A stretch of 64,000 nucleotides of DNA, from positions 946-64,945 of the forward strand of contig JAXGTD010000007.1 of assembly GCA_040775095.1 (NCBI GenBank). The letters are read 5' to 3'. The DNA comes from Chromatiaceae bacterium. GTDB taxonomy: Bacteria; Pseudomonadota; Gammaproteobacteria; Chromatiales; Chromatiaceae. The notes beneath the pieces were generated by a model. That model was not told the DNA's origin, searched no databases, and was given only the letters and a program-made list of their open reading frames with translations. Positions within the stretch are counted from its first letter, which is position 1. Every line of letters starts with the position of its first letter. Below are positions 30,034-41,911 of this stretch, in pieces. A program made the translations under genes and the position numbers.

Positions 30034-31293
30034 ATGACGACAGACACCACCGAGCGCGGCCTGGAGCGTCTGATCTGCTCTGCGCTCACCGGTCACCCCT
30101 GCGACCCGCCCAAAGCGCGAACGCTCGCTGACCCAAAGACGGCCTACGGCGGCGTCGGCTGGAGCCCAGGCAACCCGCACGACTGCGACCGCGAGTACTG
30201 CGTCGATCTCGTCCAGCTCGCGGCCTTCCTGCATGCCACTCAGCCGAAGGCGGCCGAGGCCCTGTCGCTCGACACGGATGGCCTGACCCGGCGCAAGCTC
30301 CTGGCCCGACTCCAGGGCGAGATCTCCAAGCGCGGCACCATCGACGTGCTGCGCCATGGCATCAAGCACGGCGCTCACGATCTGGACCTGTTCTACGGCA
30401 CCCCGTCCCCTGGCAACGACAAGGCCCGGGAGCGTTTCGAGCAGAATCGTTTCACGGTGACCCGCCAGTTGCGCTACAGCCGCGACGAGACCCAGCGGGC
30501 GCTGGACGTAGCCTTATTTCTCAACGGGCTGCCGGTGTTCACCTTCGAGCTGAAGAACTCGCTCACCAAGCAGACGGTCAGCGATGCGGTCTGGCAATAC
30601 AAGAAGGATCGCAACCCCCGCGAGAAGCTGTTCGAGCTGGGGCGCTGCGTGGCCCACTTCGCTGTCGACGACAGCGAAGTGCGGTTCTGCACCCATCTGA
30701 AGGGCAGGGCATCCTGGTTTCTACCGTTCAACAAGGGCTGGAACGACGGCGCCGGCAATCCGCCGAACCCGGACGGGCTCAAGACCGACTACCTGTGGCG
30801 TGAGGTGCTGACCCGCGACTCCCTGCCAGACATCCTGGAGAGGTATGCCCAGGTGGTCGAGACCAAGGACGAGAAGACGGGCAAGCGGAAGCGCAGCCAG
30901 GTTTGGCCCCGCTATCACCAGCTCGATGTGGTGCGCCGGCTTCTCTCGAATGCGGCGTTGCAGGGGGTGGGCCGACGCTACCTGATCCAGCACTCCGCCG
31001 GTAGCGGCAAGTCCAACTCCATCGCCTGGCTCGCGCACCAGCTGATCGGGCTCGCCCCAGTCGGCTCAAGCGACGGGGCGACGATCTTCGACTCGATCAT
31101 CGTGGTCACGGACCGGCGCATCCTCGACAAGCAGAACGCCCGCATCGAGCATGACAAGGCCCTGCTGCGGGTGATGACCTCCGTCATCCAGGACGACACC
31201 GAGCTGTTCAAGCAGTTTATGGACAACGAGGGCTTCAAGCGCTGGATGACCGACACCGTGTTTGGCTTGACCTACGATGGCGCTGGCGCTTGA
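30034..31293 (+). pseudogene. hsdR: Type I restriction endonuclease subunit HsdR with large internal deletion (nuclease domain + start of helicase domain fused to the C-terminal tail)
   Basis: ATG at 30034 follows GGGAGATCTGAGG. The N-terminal nuclease region reads ALFLNGLPVFTFELKNSLTKQTVSDAVWQYK. The Walker A motif is IQHSAGSGKSNSIAW, followed by IIVVTDRRILDKQ. That is followed directly by ARIEHDKALLRVMTSVIQDDTELFKQFMDNEGFKRWMTDTVFGLTY, which is typical of the extreme C-terminus of ~1000-aa HsdR proteins. The ORF has only 419 codons. Confidence 0.7.
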
Positions 31294-31447
31294 GCGACGC
31301 TTCGGGGCCGGCCGGCCTCCGCGTCCCGGCGAAGCGGGCGAGGCGCGGTCGATCGCGGCCGACGTGGTCTTGGACTAACCTATCCAATCTGTGGAATTGC
31401 CCGGAGACGCAGCCTGTGGCACTCTACGCGATTCCGATATGATTTAG

Positions 31448-32119
<672 letters not shown>

Positions 32120-32145
32120 GCGGATCGGGCCACCCCGACCGACCA

Positions 32146-32168
32146 AGCCGGGCATTGCCCGGCTTTTT
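32146..32168 (+). terminator. Rho-independent terminator of adk
   Basis: AGCCGGGC-ATT-GCCCGGCT is a perfect 8-bp stem followed by a T-run (32164-32168). Confidence 0.75.
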
Positions 32169-32193
32169 CGCGCCCGGGGCCAGCGAGGGCCGG

Positions 32194-33057
32194 TCAGTAG
32201 AGACTGTTGAGCATCTGTCCCCGGTAGCGATTGACCAGCTCCCCACCGCCGCCGAGCAGGTCGAACACCATCAGCATCCCCTTGCGTGCCGCATCGTCGC
32301 GGAAGGCGCGATCTTTCCTGAGCAGCGTCAACAGGTTCTCAAGCGCGGCCTCATACTCCCCGGCGAGCACCTGATGGGCCGCAAGCTGCCAGCGCGCCTC
32401 GCTGGCATTCGCATCCTCCTGTAACCGCGCCTTCAGGGTGTCCGGGGGAGGCGCATCAGCACAGGCGACAAGGAAGTGCAACCGCGCACCCAGGGCGGCA
32501 ACATCCGGGTCATTGACCAGGTCGAGCGGCACGCGCTCGAGCATCTCTTGCGCCCCGGCAATGTCTCCGCGCGCCGCCTTGAGCTGTACCTCCGCGACAA
32601 ACAGGCGACTGTTGTCCGCATCCTCCGCCCGCGCCTTGTCGATCAGAGCGGCGGCGCCGGCCAGATCGCCGGCAGTGATCAGCCCCTGCGCCTGGGTCAG
32701 CAGCGCATCGGACTTGCGCGGGATGTGCCGTTCCAGAAACTCACGTACCTGGCCCTCCGGCAGCGCGCCCATGAACTGATCCACGGGCCTTCCATCCTTG
32801 AACAGCTGCACGGTCGGCAGGCTGCGTATACCGAACTGGGCCGCGAGCTGCTGCTCGGCCTCGGTGTCGACCTTCGCCAGTAGGAACTTGCCCCGAAAGT
32901 CATCGGCAAGTTTTGCCAAGACCGGCATCAACTGACGGCAGGGGGCGCACCAATCGGCCCAGAAGTCGACCAGCACCGGGCGCTCGAAGGAACCCTCGAG
33001 CACGACCTGATTAAAATTTTGTGTCGTCGCGGTGACGACATAAGGGGAGTCCGCCAT
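32194..33057 (-). CDS. cnoX: Thioredoxin-domain/TPR chaperedoxin (YbbN/CnoX family)
   Basis: 287-aa ORF. The N-terminal Trx fold contains WADWCAPC, followed by a TPR-like helical C-terminal half. Confidence 0.85.
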   Translation of the reverse strand: MADSPYVVTATTQNFNQVVLEGSFERPVLVDFWADWCAPCRQLMPVLAKLADDFRGKFLLAKVDTEAEQQLAAQFGIRSLPTVQLFKDGRPVDQFMGALPEGQVREFLERHIPRKSDALLTQAQGLITAGDLAGAAALIDKARAEDADNSRLFVAEVQLKAARGDIAGAQEMLERVPLDLVNDPDVAALGARLHFLVACADAPPPDTLKARLQEDANASEARWQLAAHQVLAGEYEAALENLLTLLRKDRAFRDDAARKGMLMVFDLLGGGGELVNRYRGQMLNSLY

Positions 33058-33195
33058 GGGATGACCTGCGTAAAATCGGCTGATGAATGCGGTCGCCAGT
33101 GGTTTGCAACTGGAAAGCCTGTCGTCCGTGGAAAATAATTGCCAACATTCGTCGAATCAAGCTGGCGGTATGACGACCGCCGGGCGGAGGTCAAG

Positions 33196-33630
33196 ATGTC
33201 ACAAGCGATCCATGTTGTCTGTCCCCATTGTGATGCGGTCAACCGGCTGCCGCCCGAACGGCTTTCGGATGCGGGCAAATGCGGGAAATGTCGTCGGCCA
33301 CTGTTCGATGGCCAACCGGTCGCGCTCGACCAGGTGCGATTCGAGCAACACCTTACGCGCAATGACTTGCCCGTGGTGGTGGATTTCTGGGCACCCTGGT
33401 GCGGACCGTGCCGGATGATGGCGCCGGCCTTCGAGGAGGCCACGCGTCGCCTCGAGCCATACGCCCGTTTAGCCAAGGTCAACACGGAAGAGGCGCAGGG
33501 TCTGGCGATGCGCTTCGGCATCCGCAGTATTCCGACGCTGGCGATCTTCAAACAGGGCCAGGAGGCGACGCGCACCGCCGGGGCCATGGATGCGGCGAAC
33601 CTGATCAAATGGGTGAAGCCGTATCTCTGA
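33196..33630 (+). CDS. trxC: Thioredoxin 2 (N-terminal zinc-finger thioredoxin)
   Basis: ATG at 33196 follows GGAGG. The N-terminal CPHC...CGKC zinc finger is followed by the WAPWCGPC active site. Confidence 0.9.
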   Translation: MSQAIHVVCPHCDAVNRLPPERLSDAGKCGKCRRPLFDGQPVALDQVRFEQHLTRNDLPVVVDFWAPWCGPCRMMAPAFEEATRRLEPYARLAKVNTEEAQGLAMRFGIRSIPTLAIFKQGQEATRTAGAMDAANLIKWVKPYL

Positions 33631-33647
33631 GGATCGGCCGATCGAGT

Positions 33648-33728
33648 GCCTTCCTGGCATGGAATCGGGTCGCGGACCGAAAACGCGGTTTCCGATTTGC
33701 TCCGTCTCTGGTCACTCGGGTGACCGAA
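33648..33728 (+). repeat. Structured intergenic repeat, copy 2 (paralogous to 1046..1128)
   Basis: It carries the same 22-nt core (33676..33697) and the same enclosing stem, with a G-U replacing an A-U pair: ATCGGG(33664-33669)/TCCGAT(33691-33696). It is followed by the hairpin GGTCAC-TCGG-GTGACC. It lies in the 540-bp trxC-carA spacer. Confidence 0.6.
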
Positions 33729-34172
33729 GCGGCCGGGCGCACACCTGAAGCCCGGGGCGTGCCTCGGTTTGGCCTGTCCCCCGCTCGGGCGCCAACGCAA
33801 TCCATGAGTGGTGAGGCCCGGCCAGGATCCGAGAATCCTGCCCGGTGGATCGTCACGCGTTCAATGGCTTAGTGCCACGGGAAGGTCGCTGGCAATCCGC
33901 GGTGCTGGCCCCGCCCAGAACGCGGGTGGCCGGCAATCGCGGCGCCCGGGGGGCGCGTCTCGCCCGACGCGCTTGCCCGCCGTCACGAGCTTCGAGACAT
34001 CGCGATTTTGCCGCAGTGCAACAAAGCCACATGGACAGCATCGAAGCCTTCCTTTAAGATCGCGGGCGGTCCGGGTGTTGCTTCCGTCGACCACCCCTTC
34101 TTGAACTTTACAGTCGTCACGGCGGCGAGCCGGACCGCCCGCGCCGCGTCGTCGCCTGCTCCGGAGATACCC

Positions 34173-35318
34173 TTGAGAAAACCAGCGGTTCTGGTCCTGG
34201 AGGACGGTTCGGTCTTTCGGGGAACCTCTATCGGCGCAGATGGATCCAGCGTCGGCGAGGTGGTTTTCAATACCGCCATGACGGGCTATCAGGAGATCCT
34301 GACCGATCCGTCTTACCGGCGGCAGTTGGTGACCCTGACCTATCCGCATATCGGCAACACCGGTGTGACCGGAGAAGACGAGGAGTCCGCGTCCATTCAG
34401 GCCGCTGGATTGATCGTGCGTGACCTGCCCGTGCTGGCCAGCAACTGGCGCCGGCAAGAGGACCTGGGCGACTACCTGGTGCGCCAGGGGATCGTCGCGA
34501 TCAGCGATATCGACACCCGTCGCCTGACACGCCTGTTGCGCGAGAAAGGCGCGCAAAACGGCTGCCTGCAAAGCGGCGATGGCGTCGATGAGCCGGCCGC
34601 GCTGGCCGCGGCACGCGCGTTCCCGGGCCTGAAGGGCATGGACCTCGCCCGTGAGGTCAGCACCGCCGAACCCTATCTCTGGACCGCCGGCACCTGGACA
34701 CTGGACGGCGGTCAGCCGTCGCCGATCCCGTCCGAGGACCCGCGCCTGCGCTTCCATGTCGTCGCCTACGACTTCGGCATCAAGCGGAACCTGCTGCGCA
34801 TGTTGGTCGACCGTGGCTGCCGGGTCACCGTCGTTCCCGCGCAGACGCCGGCCGCCAGCGTTCTGGCGATGCATCCGGACGGCGTCTTCCTCAGCAACGG
34901 TCCTGGCGATCCAGAGCCCTGCGGCTACGCCAGAACCGCGATTCGGGAACTGTTGGATGCCGGGATGCCCCTGTTCGGCATCTGCCTCGGGCACCAGTTG
35001 CTGGGCCTGGCCTGCGGCGCGCGCACGGTCAAGATGAAGTTCGGCCATCATGGCGCCAACCATCCGGTGCAGGTGCTCGCCAGCGGTGAGGTCATGATCA
35101 GCAGCCAGAACCATGGCTTTGCGGTCGACGAGCAGAGCCTGCCCGCCGACATCGAGGCCACCCATCGCTCCCTGTTCGACGGCTCGCTGCAGGGGATCCA
35201 CCACCGGGAGCGGCCCGCGTTCAGTTTTCAGGGGCACCCGGAGGCCAGCCCCGGTCCACACGACGTCTCCCCATTGTTCGACCACTTCATCGAACTGATC
35301 CTCAGGCACCAACAATGA
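34173..35318 (+). CDS. carA: Carbamoyl-phosphate synthase small (glutamine amidotransferase) subunit
   Basis: TTG start at 34173 lies 5 nt after GGAGA. E. coli carA also uses UUG. The product starts (M)[47 protein letters not shown] and contains GICLGHQ. The track ORF from 34008 is over-extended. Confidence 0.9.
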   Translation: MRKPAVLVLEDGSVFRGTSIGADGSSVGEVVFNTAMTGYQEILTDPSYRRQLVTLTYPHIGNTGVTGEDEESASIQAAGLIVRDLPVLASNWRRQEDLGDYLVRQGIVAISDIDTRRLTRLLREKGAQNGCLQSGDGVDEPAALAAARAFPGLKGMDLAREVSTAEPYLWTAGTWTLDGGQPSPIPSEDPRLRFHVVAYDFGIKRNLLRMLVDRGCRVTVVPAQTPAASVLAMHPDGVFLSNGPGDPEPCGYARTAIRELLDAGMPLFGICLGHQLLGLACGARTVKMKFGHHGANHPVQVLASGEVMISSQNHGFAVDEQSLPADIEATHRSLFDGSLQGIHHRERPAFSFQGHPEASPGPHDVSPLFDHFIELILRHQQ

Positions 35319-35408
35319 TTTGCAGAGGCATCAGGCGCTCGGGGAATGCCCTGAGACCATCTCGGCGTATGCCTTCCGTCTTATCCGCGCCCCGCGACTG
35401 ATCCACTC

Positions 35409-38615
<3,207 letters not shown>

Positions 38616-38728
38616 GCCAGCACTTTGGGGCTACTCTGCTCGCGGCAGGGTTCTCGAATCAGCCGAAATCCTGTCCCACCATGCTGGCCGTGCGTCAGGG
38701 CGCGGTTCAATCCGAGGGGATCTTAACC

Positions 38729-39205
38729 ATGAATAAAGTACCTCTGACCGCCAGGGGGGCTGAACAATTGCGTTCCGAGCTCGAACAGCTCAAACGCGTC
38801 GAGCGACCGAAGGTGATTGCCGCGATCGCCGAGGCCAGGGCCCATGGCGATCTGAAGGAGAATGCCGAATACCATGCCGCCCGCGAGCAGCAGGGCTTCA
38901 TCGAGGGTCGCATCAAGGACATCGAGGGTAAGCTGTCGCACGCCCAGATCATCGACGTGACCAGGCTGCCCGCCAACGGCCGCGTGGTCTTTGGTGCAAC
39001 CGTGGACGTACTCGAGCTCGACAAGGATGAGGAGCACAGGTTCATCATCGTCGGCGACGACGAGGCCGACATCAAGCAGGGCATGATCTCGATCAGCTCG
39101 CCGATTGCCCGTGGCCTGATCGGCAAGAGTGAGGGTGATGTGGCGCTGATTGAGGCGCCGGGCGGCAAGCGCGAGTTCGAGATCCTCGAGGTGCGCTACG
39201 TCTGA
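38729..39205 (+). CDS. greA: Transcription elongation factor GreA
   Basis: The product starts [57 protein letters not shown] and is 158 aa. carAB-greA synteny supports it. Confidence 0.95.
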   Translation: MNKVPLTARGAEQLRSELEQLKRVERPKVIAAIAEARAHGDLKENAEYHAAREQQGFIEGRIKDIEGKLSHAQIIDVTRLPANGRVVFGATVDVLELDKDEEHRFIIVGDDEADIKQGMISISSPIARGLIGKSEGDVALIEAPGGKREFEILEVRYV

Positions 39206-39468
39206 CGACGGCGGCCCCTCCGACCAGGCGGCCGTGGCCGGTTCCGTGCCTGCCGCGCGCTTGCCTGAAATGGCCAGGAACCCGATCTGGCGCGGGTCCA
39301 GAAAAACGCCGACCGCAAGGGGACATCGACCAGGGAGCGGCCGGTTGTTCTGAAGCGGGATCGCGCACGCCAGCCCCTCTCTGGCGCGGACTGAGCTAGA
39401 CTCAACGCAAAGGCCCCGCGGGCACCCTTGCGGGAAACCCCTGGCCGACGTCGTCAAAGGAGTCCGTC

Positions 39469-39786
39469 GTGCGCCAGCTCTCTGTTCTCGTTGCGCTGTC
39501 GCTTTTCACCACGCCCGCGCTGGCCCTTCGTTGCGGCAGTCACATCGTTTCCACGGGCGACAGCACGCTGCGTCTGATGAAGTACTGCGGCCAGCCAACA
39601 CTGGTCGAGCCACTGCAGGATCGCATCCAGATCTACGACCCGTCGCAGGGAGGATACATCATCGATGACATTGGCCAGGCCGGGGAGATCTGGACCTACA
39701 ACTTCGGCCCCCGGCGATTCGTGACCCGCATCACGATCCAGCGTGGGACCATCCAGAACATCGAGAGCAGCGGATACGGATACTGA
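39469..39786 (+). CDS. Secreted DUF2845-family small protein
   Basis: GTG start follows AAAGGAG. A signal peptide is followed by LRCGSHIVSTGDSTLRLMKYCGQP, WTYNFGPRRF and GYGY, as in DUF2845 proteins. Confidence 0.7.
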   Translation: MRQLSVLVALSLFTTPALALRCGSHIVSTGDSTLRLMKYCGQPTLVEPLQDRIQIYDPSQGGYIIDDIGQAGEIWTYNFGPRRFVTRITIQRGTIQNIESSGYGY

Positions 39787-39931
39787 GCGCCGAGGCCGCG
39801 CCTTGCGCGGCGTTGGCCTGGCTGCTCGATGTGTTCGAGGGCGCCCTGGTCAGCGGGACCGGGACTTGCCTGTCCTCCCCTGCCTCGCCGAAACGGCAAC
39901 AGACGTGGGGGAAGCCTCGGCCCAAACCGAC

Positions 39932-40456
39932 TCAGGGCGAATCGGGCGGGGGTGGAAATTGCCGGAAGCAGTCGCGCACCAGTGCCGAGCGCCAGAGGTA
40001 TTGCAGCGCGGCGAGATTGGTCAGCAGTGATGTCAGCGCGAGCTCGTCGATGGCGGCCAGCATCACCAGGCCCGATGTCATCACCCCCCGTGCCAGGAGC
40101 CCCAGGTAGACGAGGATCGAGAGCGTCAGCAGCCGCCGTCCATGTGGCCAGAGCCGGCGCATCCAGCTCGGAGACCGGGGACGGCGGCGCATCGCCACGA
40201 TCAGCACCGGCAGCGCAATCAGGTACGCCAGCAGGTATTCCGGGCGGATCAGATCGCGCAGCAACGTGATCTCACTCCCGGTGGTCGGCAGGAAGGTGAT
40301 GCCAAGTAACAGCAGGTGGCGGACCAGAAACGCCAACGTCAGCCAGAGCAGCGCCGGCACCTTGAGCGTGAGATGTTCGTCATAGCGTGATGCGCTGTAC
40401 ACGCTGGCCTCGTCTCTGGTCGGCCGCTGACGGTGGGGCCTGTTCACCAGTCCCAT
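39932..40456 (-). CDS. Inner-membrane protein, DUF2919 (YfeZ)-like
   Basis: 174-aa ORF with about 4 TM segments. The N-terminal YSASRYDEHLTLKVPALLWL pattern resembles DUF2919. Its start overlaps the pilin stop by 13 nt. The family assignment is tentative. Confidence 0.5.
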   Translation of the reverse strand: MGLVNRPHRQRPTRDEASVYSASRYDEHLTLKVPALLWLTLAFLVRHLLLLGITFLPTTGSEITLLRDLIRPEYLLAYLIALPVLIVAMRRRPRSPSWMRRLWPHGRRLLTLSILVYLGLLARGVMTSGLVMLAAIDELALTSLLTNLAALQYLWRSALVRDCFRQFPPPPDSP

Positions 40457-40956
40457 TGATCGACGCTCCCGTCGCGACAGTGCGCTGGCACATAGGGCGC
40501 CCGCTCAGCCCTGCCATTGATGGTGCAACGGAAACGGATCCCGCCGTTCTCTGGCTTGATCTGGAAATGCAGTCCGATATCGGGACTCTCCAGCGAGCGC
40601 AGGACGAAGACGTAGCCGTGGGGTTCCTTGGGCTGGTATTCGACACGGCTCCAGACCGAGCTCGCCGCACCGAAGATGTGCTCGTAGGTCCCGCTGTCGC
40701 CCCCATAGGCAGGCGCGAGATCCGGGGCCGGCAGCCCCAATTCGGCGAAGGAGGCGGGCAGTCTGCCATGTTCCATATAGAACTCCGCGAACCGAACCTT
40801 CAGGGCCGTGAATTGGAGGTAACCATCCACGGAGTGCGCGCGCCGGGCGTAGCTCTGGTAGGCAGGAATCGAGAGTGCCGCGAGCAAGCCGATGATTGCC
40901 AGCACGATCATCAGCTCGATGAGCGAGAAGCCACGCGTGGAACCGGGTGTCGACAT
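40444..40956 (-). CDS. Type IV pilin-like protein (prepilin N-terminal cleavage/methylation domain)
   Basis: I chose the internal start MSTPGSTRGFSLIELMIVLAIIGLLAALSIPAYQSY, which gives a class III signal (G|FSLIE). There are C-terminal Cys residues. The track ORF from 41028 adds an implausible leader. Confidence 0.8.
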   Translation of the reverse strand: MSTPGSTRGFSLIELMIVLAIIGLLAALSIPAYQSYARRAHSVDGYLQFTALKVRFAEFYMEHGRLPASFAELGLPAPDLAPAYGGDSGTYEHIFGAASSVWSRVEYQPKEPHGYVFVLRSLESPDIGLHFQIKPENGGIRFRCTINGRAERAPYVPAHCRDGSVDQWDW

Positions 40957-41048
40957 GAGCCCCCGTGGCCAAAGGCCCTGATACAAGCCGGCTGGCCTAC
41001 CCATCGCCCCGTCGCGATCCAGCCCCATTGGCGCCGGGGCATGCCGGC

Positions 41049-41176
41049 GGACCCGCTCCGGGGTCCGCTTAAGGAGACGCTGATCAAATGCCTTCCGGGC
41101 ATTTGATCAGCTCGCACCTCGCGATGCGCGAGGTGCTCCATGGCCCGGGCGGGAAACGCTCTAAATCAGCGTTTCC
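41049..41176. repeat. Cluster of four perfect inverted repeats (hairpins) in the dsrE-like/pilin spacer
   Basis: The four hairpins are GGACCC-gctccg-GGGTCC (41049-41066), GCTGATCAAATGCC-ttccg-GGCATTTGATCAGC (41079-41111, 14 bp), GCACCTCGCG-atg-CGCGAGGTGC (41114-41136, 10 bp), and GGAAACGCT-ctaaatc-AGCGTTTCC (41152-41176, 9 bp). Confidence 0.8.
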
Positions 41177-41410
41177 TTCACCGCGGGGTGCTGACTGAAT
41201 CCATCCGTGGTCCGAACAGGGGGACCACCTCGCACAGAACCCGCGTACACCGGTGCTGTCCGCGATCCGGCGGCGGCGAACATCTCGACACTTCGTCCGG
41301 CGACCCGCGCTCGTCGCGGACTCGCCTGGATGTTCGGCAGCCGGGTGCGGGCAATTGGATGAACGCCCGAACCCGGCACGCCGCGTCGCCGAAAACGTGT
41401 TGCCGTGGCG

Positions 41411-41863
41411 TCAGGGCCGGATATAGATGTAGCCCTGCGACTGCAGCTCGGCAATCCGCGTCACGCCACCCTGTTCGGCAATGACGAAGCCGGGTAGCAA
41501 CTCATCGGGTTCGAGATTCAATGCCTTTAACGTGTTGCCGCACGCGACGGTCTCGACGCTCTGCTCGTGCAGCGATGCCACCGCACCACGCACGCGATCC
41601 ACCGCGTCGATGTCGGTGAACGCCTTGACCGCCGGGCCATGGGCGACCAGGACGATGTGGATGTTCTCAGGGCCGCCGACACCGTCGATGTGGTTCTGGA
41701 TGTTGCCGAGCACGAAGCTGACCTTGTCCTCGTCAGAGACGTGGTAAACGACGTTGAGCTTGTCGCCGGTGCCGGACTCGCCAGCCATCGCGGCCCCGAT
41801 TGGCAGCGCCAGCGTGATTAGGGCGCTCAGGATGATGAACGCGGTGGACGTCAGTCTGCGCAT
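41411..41863 (-). CDS. DsrE/DsrF-like family protein with signal peptide
   Basis: Start MRRLTSTAFIILSALITLALPIGAAMA follows GGAGAAGG. The stretch VVYHVSDEDKVSFVLGNIQNHI...HIVLVAHGPAV...ACGNTLKA matches the COG1416/DsrE-like fold family. Confidence 0.7.
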   Translation of the reverse strand: MRRLTSTAFIILSALITLALPIGAAMAGESGTGDKLNVVYHVSDEDKVSFVLGNIQNHIDGVGGPENIHIVLVAHGPAVKAFTDIDAVDRVRGAVASLHEQSVETVACGNTLKALNLEPDELLPGFVIAEQGGVTRIAELQSQGYIYIRP

Positions 41864-41911
41864 GGAACCTTCTCCTCTGTCTTGTTTTGGTGGTCTGGTG
41901 GTCATCGGTTG

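Noticed and set aside
40957-41060. Possible sigma54 (-24 GG / -12 GC) promoter upstream of the pilin gene (AGGCCAGCCGGCTTGTA on the minus strand).
   Set aside because: The spacing is one nucleotide off the consensus and the -12 element is TGT rather than TGC. That is too weak to report as a feature.
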